In this document: piece after piece, positions 1-9,500 of the stretch
Layout: each line of letters begins with the position of its first letter
How positions within the stretch are numbered: position 1 is the stretch's first letter
Origin: Minisyncoccota bacterium
Lineage (GTDB): Bacteria; Patescibacteriota; Minisyncoccia; Phycocordibacterales; UBA9973
Length of the DNA: 64,000 nucleotides
Reading direction: 5' to 3'
NCBI GenBank assembly: GCA_041675085.1
Contig: JBAYUN010000004.1
Location: 2,032 to 66,031, forward strand
Program-made: the position numbers and the translations under genes
Notes under the pieces: model-generated
What the model saw: the letters and a program-made list of their open reading frames with translations, nothing else
What the model was told of the DNA's origin: nothing
Databases searched by the model: none

Positions 1-172
1 ACGCTCTCTAACGAAATGTTAGAATTATCTCGGTTTACGAGATAGGGTTTCCCCATTCGGAAATCTCCGGATCAAAGGTTGCTTTGCACCTCCCCGAAGC
101 TTATCGCAACAACGCTACGTCCTTCATCGCTACTTTTAGTCTAGGCATCCACCGTGTGCCCTTAAATTTCCT
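1..172 (-). rRNA. rrl: 23S rRNA, 5' end (runs off the window edge)
   Basis: Reverse complement reads TAAGGGCACACGGTGGATGCCTAG...GCGATGAAGGACGT...GCGATAAGCTTCGGGGAG...TTTCCGAATGGGGAAACC, the conserved start of bacterial 23S; exact 5' end approximate. Confidence 0.95.
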
Positions 173-512
173 GTTAAGAAATTTATAAACCACAAATTTT
201 ATTTACTACAATCATAAATAAAATATCAAACACTTTCTTTTTATATATTTTATAAAATTAAAAATTAAATAAATATAAACAACTTGACCGCTCAAGTCTC
301 AGAAAGTTTGCTCCTGTTTATAGAAAGACCCTAATATACTTTGTAGTATATCAGACGACTATAACAGGAATTAAGTTTTCAAATTTCAATCGTTCGGAAG
401 GCCTCTAAGCCAAATAAAAAACCGCTTTGTGCGGTTTACAGACAAAATAAAGTGTCTATAACTACCGCCACCTTTTTAAACTGTTTTTTATAATTTTCAT
501 ACTGATAAAAGG

Positions 513-541
513 AGTATATACCAAACGAAAAAGGATGTCAA
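513..541 (-). promoter_or_regulatory. sigma70 promoter for the 23S rRNA
   Basis: TTGACA (541-536), 17 bp spacer, TATACT (518-513); overlaps hairpin AAAAGGATGTCA-actag-TGACATCCTTTT that probably terminates the upstream gene. Confidence 0.8.
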
Positions 542-579
542 CTAGTGACATCCTTTTATCTAAATAACCTATAAATAAC

Positions 580-1272
580 TTACTTTTGATTTACTTCTTC
601 ACTGATTTTTGAAATCAATTTTGAAGCATGATCTTTACCTCCAAGACCGAAAGCTATAGCTCCTGCAATAGCCAACATTGCGATGATTCCTGTGAAAAGA
701 ATTTGCATATATGCTGAGTTTACTCCCAATTGTTCTAGTGCTACGATAAAAGCAAAAGTCCAGACTGCATATTTTGCTACAGTCGCAAGCATATGAGATG
801 AAGACAAACTTAAAGTTTTTGCACCAGCTAAAACAGCTCTTGATATAGCATCAGAAACAATAGTAGCGATGATCAAAACAAAAGCTGCTACGATAACTCT
901 AGGTAAGAAAGTTAATACATCATATCTTAAGAAATCTCCGATTGATTCTAAACCAACCAAAGCCAAAGAAGGTAAGATAAAAATAATCAACACAAACCAT
1001 CTCATGATTTGTCCGATAAAATATCCTGTGTCCAAAGACAAACCAGCTTTATTTAAAACTTCAGACGCACCTGCTTTATTGAAAAGCTTGTCTACATTTA
1101 ATGCTTTGAAAACTTGTTCGAAAGCTTTTGCAATAATCGAACTAATAACCCAACCTAAAATAAAAAGAATAATTGCAAGGATAAGCTTTGGAGCAAATTG
1201 AATAAATCCCCACCATAATTCTTGTAGTGAAGAATTAAAAACCTCACCCCATGTATACCAAATGTTATTCAT
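580..1272 (-). CDS. TM-helix repeat membrane protein (CmpX / MscS-associated type)
   Basis: Repeated F-x-P-K/R-L/V-I-x-A helices and ALxQLGV...AIAFGLGG motif. Confidence 0.75.
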   Translation of the reverse strand: MNNIWYTWGEVFNSSLQELWWGFIQFAPKLILAIILFILGWVISSIIAKAFEQVFKALNVDKLFNKAGASEVLNKAGLSLDTGYFIGQIMRWFVLIIFILPSLALVGLESIGDFLRYDVLTFLPRVIVAAFVLIIATIVSDAISRAVLAGAKTLSLSSSHMLATVAKYAVWTFAFIVALEQLGVNSAYMQILFTGIIAMLAIAGAIAFGLGGKDHASKLISKISEEVNQK

Positions 1273-1301
1273 AAAAAATAATTTTTAAACTAATAATAAT
1301 T

Positions 1302-1331
1302 TCCGCCAAGGGCGGATCAGCCTATGGCTGA
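1302..1331. repeat. double palindrome TCCGCCAAGGGCGGA + TCAGCCTATGGCTGA
   Basis: Two adjacent GC-rich hairpins in an AT-rich spacer; first one recurs at 43779-43793. Confidence 0.7.
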
Positions 1332-1427
1332 AATAATAAAACTTTAAAAGTTCGACCTTAGAAAGCTTATTAGTATTATAACAACTTTTAACCCTTTTTT
1401 TAAGACTTATGTGGATAACTTTGAGTA

Positions 1428-3389
1428 TTATTTATTCAAAATAACACGTGATTGAGGTCCTAGTATACCGTCAGCTTTTAGTCCGTTGTCCGCTTGGAAT
1501 TTCTTTAATGCTACTAGAGTATTGTAGCCAAATTGATTCACCTCTCTGCCCCCTTCTGTGCCAGATACGTTGTAACCTTTTTGATTAAGTTTTTGTTGCA
1601 AACATTTTACTTCATTTGAGTTCTTGCCTTTTAGTAAAGTCCTACTGATTGTACAAATATTTGAATTCTTAGAAATACTAGCTCCCAAGACTTGCCCTCC
1701 TACACATTCTGTACTCATTGAAGTTCTCGGGTAAGAACCAGTATTACCTGCTGCCTTCCAAGAGCTAATAGTTTCGGTCTTGTAGTCTCTAGTACTCGTA
1801 GCACTCGGATACCATTTTTGACAATAAGTTAATGGGTCGATATTGGCACCACTACTACCGTCTGGATCTGTTTGCCAAGTGCCAGATGAATCTGTATGTT
1901 GATTTACTTTACCATACCAAAATGAAATGCGTGGAGTTGTATCGACTGATGGAGTTGTAGGTTCTGCTGGGACCACAGGGTCAGGTGTGACAGGATCTGG
2001 AGTGACTGGGTCGGGAGTAGTCGGAGTTGTCGGTTCTGTTGGAGTGGTAGGTGTAGTTGGAGTCTCTACTGGTGTAGTAGGGGTGACTGGATTTACTGGT
2101 GTAACAGGATTTGTGCCTGGGTCTATGACCGGAGTCTCAGGATTTTCTCCTTTTTTATTGATAGTGAAAAAATCTTTTGAAAAATCTTCAGCTTTTTTAT
2201 CATAAGACTCTGGGCCTAGATGGATTTTAAAATTTTTACCAAATACTATGTCTGGGAAGGAGCCCACAGCTAGAGAAATTTTCTCTTCTCCATCATTCGG
2301 GGTACCCTTCACCAAAATAACAATATATTCTTTTTGATTATTTTTATATATTAAAGATATATTTATTTTTTTATCAGCTGAAGCTTTATTATTTTTCCAA
2401 GTTACTAAAATACTTTCATCTAGATTATAAACTTCTCCACCATTAGGTGAAGTAATTTTAAAGAAGTAAGAATTATTTTCATCTTCATCTATACCAGCTT
2501 GAATACATAAATAAGACAACTTTGTAGAAGTGTGATTATTAAAATTGTATCTCTCATGCCAAGTACTAATAGTCTCTAATTTGTATTCTTTGATGCCAAT
2601 AGTTTTTGGATACCATTTTTTACAATAAGTTAGATAATCTAAATTCGCACCAGAGATACCGTCGGGATCTGTTTCCCATTTACCATTGGTTGTATTAATA
2701 TGTTGATTTACTTTCCCCCACCAAAACATAACTCTAGGTAATAAATCATCACTACCTGGTTTGTCTTCTCCTTTCTTTTCTTCCACGATAGCATCATCTG
2801 ATTTTTTGTCTTCTGTTTTTACCTCTGTGGTTTTTGCCTCTTCTTTGACCTCGGTTTTCACTTCACTTACTACTTCTTTTTGAACTTCTTCTTTAGCTTC
2901 ATCTTTCTTCGATTCTGTTGCATTTTCTGAATTTTCTATTTTTTTATCTTCTTCTTTAATTTCTGTTTTTTCTACATCTTTGACTTCGTTGGACTGAGTC
3001 TCAGAAACAACACTTTCTTCTTTTTGGACTTCTTCTGTACAAGTTAATTTATTGATAGTCTCGCGAGTAAGTGGACCCACGAAGCCAGCAGAGACTAGAT
3101 TGTTGTCTCTTTGAAAAGTCCTAACAGCTCCTAAAGTCTGCTCTCCAAAGTATCCATTTGGTTCTGCTTTTAGATAACCTTTTTCTTTTAAGAAATTCTG
3201 CAACAACAAAACATCTCTTGTATTAGACGCTCTGTCAGAAGCACGATATCTCAAACTCTTATTAATAGAAACACAAACAGCAGAATTCTCTGTGTTTTGA
3301 ATTTGCTCTATTTCAGCATTTTGAGCAAAAGAAAAAATAGGGCTAATTATAAAAGTTAAAACCAATACAAGCTTTATGATTTTTTGCAT
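1428..3389 (-). CDS. secreted protein with N- and C-terminal peptidoglycan-binding domains, Pro/Thr linker and two copies of an unnamed WGKVNQH domain
   Basis: Signal peptide; LQ-x-FL...G.FG..T..AV..FQ motifs; two PR(V/I)xFWxGKVNQH...TDPDG...YCxKWYP repeats. Confidence 0.8.
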   Translation of the reverse strand: MQKIIKLVLVLTFIISPIFSFAQNAEIEQIQNTENSAVCVSINKSLRYRASDRASNTRDVLLLQNFLKEKGYLKAEPNGYFGEQTLGAVRTFQRDNNLVSAGFVGPLTRETINKLTCTEEVQKEESVVSETQSNEVKDVEKTEIKEEDKKIENSENATESKKDEAKEEVQKEVVSEVKTEVKEEAKTTEVKTEDKKSDDAIVEEKKGEDKPGSDDLLPRVMFWWGKVNQHINTTNGKWETDPDGISGANLDYLTYCKKWYPKTIGIKEYKLETISTWHERYNFNNHTSTKLSYLCIQAGIDEDENNSYFFKITSPNGGEVYNLDESILVTWKNNKASADKKINISLIYKNNQKEYIVILVKGTPNDGEEKISLAVGSFPDIVFGKNFKIHLGPESYDKKAEDFSKDFFTINKKGENPETPVIDPGTNPVTPVNPVTPTTPVETPTTPTTPTEPTTPTTPDPVTPDPVTPDPVVPAEPTTPSVDTTPRISFWYGKVNQHTDSSGTWQTDPDGSSGANIDPLTYCQKWYPSATSTRDYKTETISSWKAAGNTGSYPRTSMSTECVGGQVLGASISKNSNICTISRTLLKGKNSNEVKCLQQKLNQKGYNVSGTEGGREVNQFGYNTLVALKKFQADNGLKADGILGPQSRVILNK

Positions 3390-3409
3390 AAAGATATTAT
3401 ATCAGTTAT

Positions 3410-3991
3410 TTATATCTTTTTTAGTGTTTGTGTGGATAAGTCTTTTGCTTGGATTATGATTTTATGAGGAAAATCCAATATATCTCGGACTAGCTTGTCA
3501 TACATACTCAATCTGTATATAAATTCTTTGTATTCAAAGATAGCATAAGTGATCTCTATACCTATCTCAGCTTCGAGCTTCTTTACACCTTCTTCTATTT
3601 TAGATCTGCGCATCTTGTCCCCTACTATTAATAAGTCTATCCTAGAATCTTTATTTTTAATAAAAACACCAGAGACTAAAAGTAATTTTATCTTGCCAAC
3701 TTTTTTAAATAATAAAGGTATAGTATCAGTATTCAAACTATCAGAACTCACCAATAGAGATTCAAATTCTTTTTCATATTTAAAAGTAGAATTGAAATAA
3801 TATCCGGATTGACGCTTTTTAATAAAATCTACACTAGATAATAATTTTAATTCTTTACGAATTGCTGGTGCCTTAACTAGACTTCTTTTTTCGATTTCTT
3901 TGATATCAAATATCTTGCCTTTATTCAACAAGAAGAGTCTCATTATTTTTATACGAGCTGGGCTACCCAATAATTTACCAAGAATTTCCAT
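3410..3991 (-). CDS. winged-HTH plus nucleotidyltransferase-like protein
   Basis: LLGSPARIKIMRLF HTH start and SGVF...IDLLIVGD motif; start moved to ATG 3991, which has TATAAT 6 nt upstream. Confidence 0.7.
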   Translation of the reverse strand: MEILGKLLGSPARIKIMRLFLLNKGKIFDIKEIEKRSLVKAPAIRKELKLLSSVDFIKKRQSGYYFNSTFKYEKEFESLLVSSDSLNTDTIPLLFKKVGKIKLLLVSGVFIKNKDSRIDLLIVGDKMRRSKIEEGVKKLEAEIGIEITYAIFEYKEFIYRLSMYDKLVRDILDFPHKIIIQAKDLSTQTLKKI

Positions 3992-4030
3992 GACGGGATT
4001 ATACTCTTTTTTGAAGCAAAAGACAAACAA

Positions 4031-4062
4031 AAAGCCCGGCAAGACTAGTCTTGCCGGGCTTT
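4031..4062 (-). terminator. intrinsic terminator after rplL
   Basis: AAAGCCCGGCAAGAC-ta-GTCTTGCCGGGCTTT hairpin. Confidence 0.8.
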
Positions 4063-4083
4063 TCCAAATAAGCTTTTTATAGA

Positions 4084-4452
4084 TTATTTTAATTCAACTT
4101 TAGCACCTGCGTCTTCAAGTTGTTTCTTAAGAGCTTCTGCTTCAGCTTTCTTCATACCTTCTTTTAGGTTTGCTGGAGCACCGTCTACTAAGTCCTTAGC
4201 TTCTTTAAGACCAAGTCCTAAAGCTTCTTTAACAACTTTCATAACAGCGATTTTTTGTTCACCTGCACCTGCTAATACTACAGTGAAAGAATCTTTTTCT
4301 TCACCTGCGTCTGCAGCGCCTGCAGCTGGACCAGCACTTGCTACAGCAGCTGCTGAAACTCCAAATTTTTCTTCTATTGCCTTAACGAGTTCGTTCAATT
4401 CAAGAACTGTTGCTCCATCAAGGTCTTTTAAAAATGCATCAAATTTTGACAT
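4084..4452 (-). CDS. rplL: 50S ribosomal protein L7/L12
   Basis: [31 protein letters not shown] motifs. Confidence 0.98.
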   Translation of the reverse strand: MSKFDAFLKDLDGATVLELNELVKAIEEKFGVSAAAVASAGPAAGAADAGEEKDSFTVVLAGAGEQKIAVMKVVKEALGLGLKEAKDLVDGAPANLKEGMKKAEAEALKKQLEDAGAKVELK

Positions 4453-4634
4453 ATGTTTTTTCTGTGTGAAATAAAATAAATTTTACTAGAGCCTTACCTT
4501 TATGACTTAACGAAGTAAAATTTGATTTTATTTCACGTTATATTTTTTTATAAATAAATTTTTCTAGAGCATTAACTTTTTAACTTAACGCAGAAAGATT
4601 TTATTTATAAAAAACATTAATTAAAACTAATAAT

Positions 4635-5114
4635 TTATTTTGTTTTAGCTACTTCATTAACTGCAATAGCCAAACGTTGCATCGGAGATTGCAATAAGAA
4701 TGCAACCTTTGAAAGCAACACTTCGCGACTAGGAATAGTAGCGATTTCTTTCATATATACTCCGTCCACAAATTTACCACCAAAGATACCACCTAAAATA
4801 TTTAGAGGAACTTTGTAAGTTTTTTGGAAATTGTATATTTCACGAGCTGGAGCTAATTCATCATCTGCATAAGCCATAGCGACTTCACCATTTAATTCTG
4901 GTAATTCACCAGTAGCCTTGCCGTCCAATGCACGCTTCAATAAAGTCTTGCGACTTATTTTGTAGCTCACTCCACTCTTTCTCAAGTCTTGACGCAAGAG
5001 AGTTTCGTCTCCTACTTTCAATCCATGGAAGTTTACGAAAACTACAGATTTACTATTAATAACTGCAGTCTCTAAACCTTTTATCATTTCTTCTTTTGTT
5101 GATTTTTTTAACAT
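4635..5114 (-). CDS. rplJ: 50S ribosomal protein L10
   Basis: FHGLKV, (R)KTLLKRAL, IPSREVLL motifs; directly upstream of rplL. Confidence 0.96.
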   Translation of the reverse strand: MLKKSTKEEMIKGLETAVINSKSVVFVNFHGLKVGDETLLRQDLRKSGVSYKISRKTLLKRALDGKATGELPELNGEVAMAYADDELAPAREIYNFQKTYKVPLNILGGIFGGKFVDGVYMKEIATIPSREVLLSKVAFLLQSPMQRLAIAVNEVAKTK

Positions 5115-5142
5115 ATTTTTTTACCAATTAATATTGGAAATT

Positions 5143-5256
5143 AAAAAACGGCTTTATTAAGCCGCAAGATTTTCTCCTTTATATATCTAAAATACATAAA
5201 GAATATCGACCCACTCAATAGGACTTATGGACGCCTATCGTCTTTGCGGTAACAGA
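5143..5256 (-). promoter_or_regulatory. probable L10 leader (autogenous control RNA)
   Basis: Minus strand CCGCAAAGACGATAGG...CCTATTGAG resembles the AGAC-x-GTAGG...CCTACCGAG core of L10 leaders, followed by a CGGCTT/AAGCCG-T hairpin. Confidence 0.55.
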
Positions 5257-5276
5257 TATAATATAACATATTTTCT

Positions 5277-5426
5277 TTAATTTGCAAATGAAGGATTATT
5301 ATCACTCAATTCTGTACTTGCTGTCTGTTGTTCATCCAAATAACTCACAAGGAAAATGACTCCCAGTCCGAGCACTATCATACCCGTAAATAAAACCAAA
5401 GTTTTCATAAAATGTTTATTAATCAT
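5277..5426 (-). CDS. 49-aa single-pass membrane protein (not in ORF track)
   Basis: MINKHFMKTLVLFTGMIVLGLGVIFLVSYLDEQQTASTELSDNNPSFAN*; TATAAT 6 nt before ATG. Confidence 0.65.
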   Translation of the reverse strand: MINKHFMKTLVLFTGMIVLGLGVIFLVSYLDEQQTASTELSDNNPSFAN

Positions 5427-5511
5427 AAAGTGATTATACCAAGAATTCTACAATAAATACAAAAACCTCTCCTGTTTAACAAGAGAGGTTTTTGAGTAAA
5501 ATTTTATCCAA

Positions 5512-6006
5512 TTAGCTTTGTAATAAGATAGTAGATACGTTTTGAGATTTATCACAATCCACTAAATAAGTTACAGGTAACTTGCTAGCAGAAAGTTTGA
5601 TAATTTTGAAACCATAAGCTTTGATCGTATAAGTAGAACCGACTTTAACTGTACGTGATACAGGAGCACGGTTGTCTAGCATTATACTTGTGCCATTTTT
5701 GAAAGTCATCTTATCAGGACTTGCTTGGCAAGTTTTATCTAATTGAAGACGAGCATCTTTGTATTTTATTAAAGCTTGCTCATAACTCAAACTAACTGCA
5801 GGTGAAGTAGCTACGTCTTTGTCAGGAGTTGTATCTAATTCCCCTGCTACGTTTTCTTCTACTACAACTTCTTCTTGTACTATATTGTTTTCATTTTCCA
5901 ATACATCATCAGCATCATTTTTTTGTGTCGACATAAAAACAATAACTGCGATAACTACCAACACAATTCCACCTATCATCCAAATATTCTTATTTTTTTC
6001 TTCCAT
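5512..6006 (-). CDS. membrane-anchored protein, possible cupredoxin-like C-terminal fold
   Basis: N-terminal TM, acidic linker, CQASP...Y.VDC beta domain; terminator at 5461-5493. Confidence 0.55.
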   Translation of the reverse strand: MEEKNKNIWMIGGIVLVVIAVIVFMSTQKNDADDVLENENNIVQEEVVVEENVAGELDTTPDKDVATSPAVSLSYEQALIKYKDARLQLDKTCQASPDKMTFKNGTSIMLDNRAPVSRTVKVGSTYTIKAYGFKIIKLSASKLPVTYLVDCDKSQNVSTILLQS

Positions 6007-6090
6007 ATAATTTATTTTTCTAAAAAACTTGATAATATTAATTATAACATTTACAAAATAAATTAGATAGTTTGTCCAGAGCTTTTGTCT

Positions 6091-6501
6091 TTATTTTTTA
6101 AGGGAATGGTAGAGTATCAGAATTACAGAAAAAACAAAATATAGCACAGAGAAATATAAAGCAAATATATCTTTTTCGATTCTAAAGTAAACGTCCCCTC
6201 CGTTCCATGGAGTAATCCATATAATTAAAAAATAAATTATTAAATAAAAAAACAAAGTTTTTATCCAGTATTTAAAAATCTTATTATTTAAAAAAATCAA
6301 AATAAAATTAGGAATTAAAATTGTAACAAATATAAGCAAAAACATTAGCACATAATTCATTGATTGCAAACAAGAACTTTTTTGAATACTACAAATATCC
6401 AACAGGATTGTTTTATTTAAAAATATAAAAAACAAAACAGTCAAAAAAGAGCTAAGCAAAAATAATTTCTTCGCGCTAAACCAATTCAAAATTTTATCCA
6501 T
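6091..6501 (-). CDS. 4-TM membrane protein downstream of the lipase-like gene
   Basis: Hydrophobic ORF starting 4 bp after the upstream stop. Confidence 0.65.
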   Translation of the reverse strand: MDKILNWFSAKKLFLLSSFLTVLFFIFLNKTILLDICSIQKSSCLQSMNYVLMFLLIFVTILIPNFILIFLNNKIFKYWIKTLFFYLIIYFLIIWITPWNGGDVYFRIEKDIFALYFSVLYFVFSVILILYHSLKK

Positions 6502-6505
6502 AAAT

Positions 6506-9500
6506 TTAAATTTTAATAAATCTTTTAATTAAGAAACTGCTCAATAATACTATAAATATAATAACATAAAAAGAAGTATTTTTATTTGTATTTTTTTCTT
6601 TTAAGACATCTACTGATTCCTTCGGGCTATCATCTGCAATCTCTTCTGCTTCTATCTGCACAGCACCTTCACTCTTATTTTCGATCAATACTTTTTCTTC
6701 TTTTTGTATTTTTATATCTTCACTCTGACTAGGTATTTCTGACTCGACTCCTAGAACTATACCGATACTTGGAGTAATATTTTCTGTTTTTGATACTAGC
6801 TCTTTTTTAGCTTCATTATCTTTATTTATCAATATCACTACTCCATGAGAAGACGGAGGAGTAATAGGCTCCGGCGTCGCCACCTTGGGATAAATTGTAT
6901 CTATCGTCCCATCACCGTCTGAATCCACCTTGAGTTCGGCTTTACTAACTTCAAAATCTTCTCCAATATAAAGATACGCCAAAGTCTTATCCGAGCTAGG
7001 TATCATTTCAAAATAATTCTCTTGTATTATATTGTTGCCCTCTTGCCTCTCGACGTCTAAAGTAAAACTACCTTCTTCATAGCCGTCTAATTGCAAAGTG
7101 TACGGAATACCTGCAGGCGCTGAGATGAATTGAACTGTGCCAATCATATCATAATTCACATTAGGTATTTCTTGCTTTATCTCTTTTGTGACGGGATCGA
7201 GTCCTGTATATCTACCCTCTTTATCAAAGATACCCAAGGTTAAAGGTGAGTGTAAGGTGAAATGAAGACGAGCATTACTTGCAACAAAATTCAAATTATC
7301 ATTTTTTAAAACAATCCCTTCGTTGTCAGTGAAAACTTTATCAGTAATTTGCGCCTGAATAAATTGTATTAAATTCTGAATTTCTAAAATATTTTTATGG
7401 TCTCTTCTGGGTCCAGGTAAACTGTTAAAAAGAGGCAAATTAATAACCCACTCCTCCACATTCTCACGATTTTCCATCCACAAAGCACTTGGAAAAGCTA
7501 CTGTCGAATCTCCATCGACCGATACTATCGGTTTATGCGAAACGTATTCTCTACCTAGTCCGAGGAGTTTGCGTTTGATTACATATTTTAATCCTACTTT
7601 TGTTTCTTCGCCCCAACCTGCAACTTCTATGATTTTAGTGTTTGGACTCGGTTGCCAATTGTCTATGACTCCATGAGTTAGTTCTGCTTGAGAATATAAA
7701 TACTCATTTACTATGTTTGGCTTGTCGGTATCACTGACGCTAGGTTTAGCACGCCCGTCACCACCCAAAACAAAATCTTTTAATTCTTCTTTTGTGTTGA
7801 TAGAGCTACCGTATTTAGATATTAAATTTTCTAATAAAGGATGATCTTGGAATGATAGAATTGGATTTTGATCTGTATCTACAGTATTAAAATATCCACT
7901 AGATGGAGCTAGGTTGTATATCGTCGGCATATTCTCTCCGAATTCCCGAGACCGCTCAGAAGGCATCAGTATACCAAAAGGCCCTAAAGGTACGCCATGG
8001 AGCATAGCGATAGTCGCCTCTGGTGTGCCGACTTGAGGCACAGCTATAAAAATTATTTTTTCTATTTGGTTGTAGAGTGGATCATTTGTATCTTTTAATT
8101 TCTGAACCAAGGCTTTGATAACGAGTCCTCCGGTACTGTGGGCTATAAGAGTGACTTTGCCTGTCCTAGAAGTTCTCTGTAATTCACGCAACTCACTCAC
8201 AATAAATGATTCAGAAAAATCGCCACTATTTAAATATGACAAATTCTCTCCGATAACTTTCCCGTTTATAATAATATCTTCTAAAGAAAGTCTCCAATCA
8301 TAAGGAATCAGAGCATAGTCTTCAATCAAACTCAATTCAGTATTTTTCAAATTTCTTAAATCCGCAATAAATGATTTATAAATATTCACAGTCAAAGCTT
8401 CGTCAATAACTCCGAGCTCTCCGCCGTCCCCTTCTACACTCTCAGTATCATTTTTTGTATAAACATTATTTTTACTTTTCCCAAATTCATCTAAGAACAT
8501 AAACTCTTGCAAAACTTTATGTGGTGAAACCCAAAGTTGTTGCTCTCCACAGAACATAGGATCCCTAGGCGTAACCGAACTACAATCAAAAACTTCACCA
8601 TACATTCTAGAACCTTGCACTCCCGGGAAAAACATAACATTAGAATTACAATTTTTTACACACTCTTCTACTGGTGGCCAGCTAGGTAGCCAAGGTTCAA
8701 AAAGGATATGTTCACTCACAGAGTCGCCAAGCCCATTAGGATTTAAATCCACATGATACGGCCCAGTAGCGTCACCCCAATAATTATTGTTAAAATCTAA
8801 ATCTACGTCTCTAAATGTAAAAGCTCCCGATAGAATATTGTTATGTATATTACTTTTATTTGCTGAGAATACTGAGTCGTAAACAACAAAACCATATAAG
8901 TTATCAGTGATCTCGCTATCAGTTATTTTTACAAAACTATCTCCAAAATTATTAAAAACAATAAACCCAGAATCCATAGCCCCAAAGACTTTTACTTTTT
9001 TAAAATTAGCCTGTACGTTGTTGAATAAAGACATACCATAAACACCACAATTCACAGACCCAGTATTAAAATCCACCGCAGAATTATTGTAAACAGAAAT
9101 CCCAGTATTATCACAAGATATCTCAGAATTCAACATATTAAGATGAGAATCATTATAAACTAAAAATCCACCACGACTACCACTTAGGCTCCCGTCTTTG
9201 AAATTCAAATTACTATTACCAAATACAGATATGCCAGAATTAGATTGATCAAGACTCAGGATATCTACATTAGTGAATGATGCTGAAGCATTATTATAAA
9301 TATTTACAATAGAATCTTGATTAAGACTCTCAACTTTAGAATTTTTTAATATTAAATTGCTGTAATCCTGGACTTCTATTTTTGCCTCGCCCGAGAAAAG
9401 AGAGTCATTTATCTCAACCATACTAGAGTCGTACAAATACAAACTCGTCGCTTTTAAATCTGCAAATTCTGAATTAGTTTCAAAAAATAAAATATCATTA

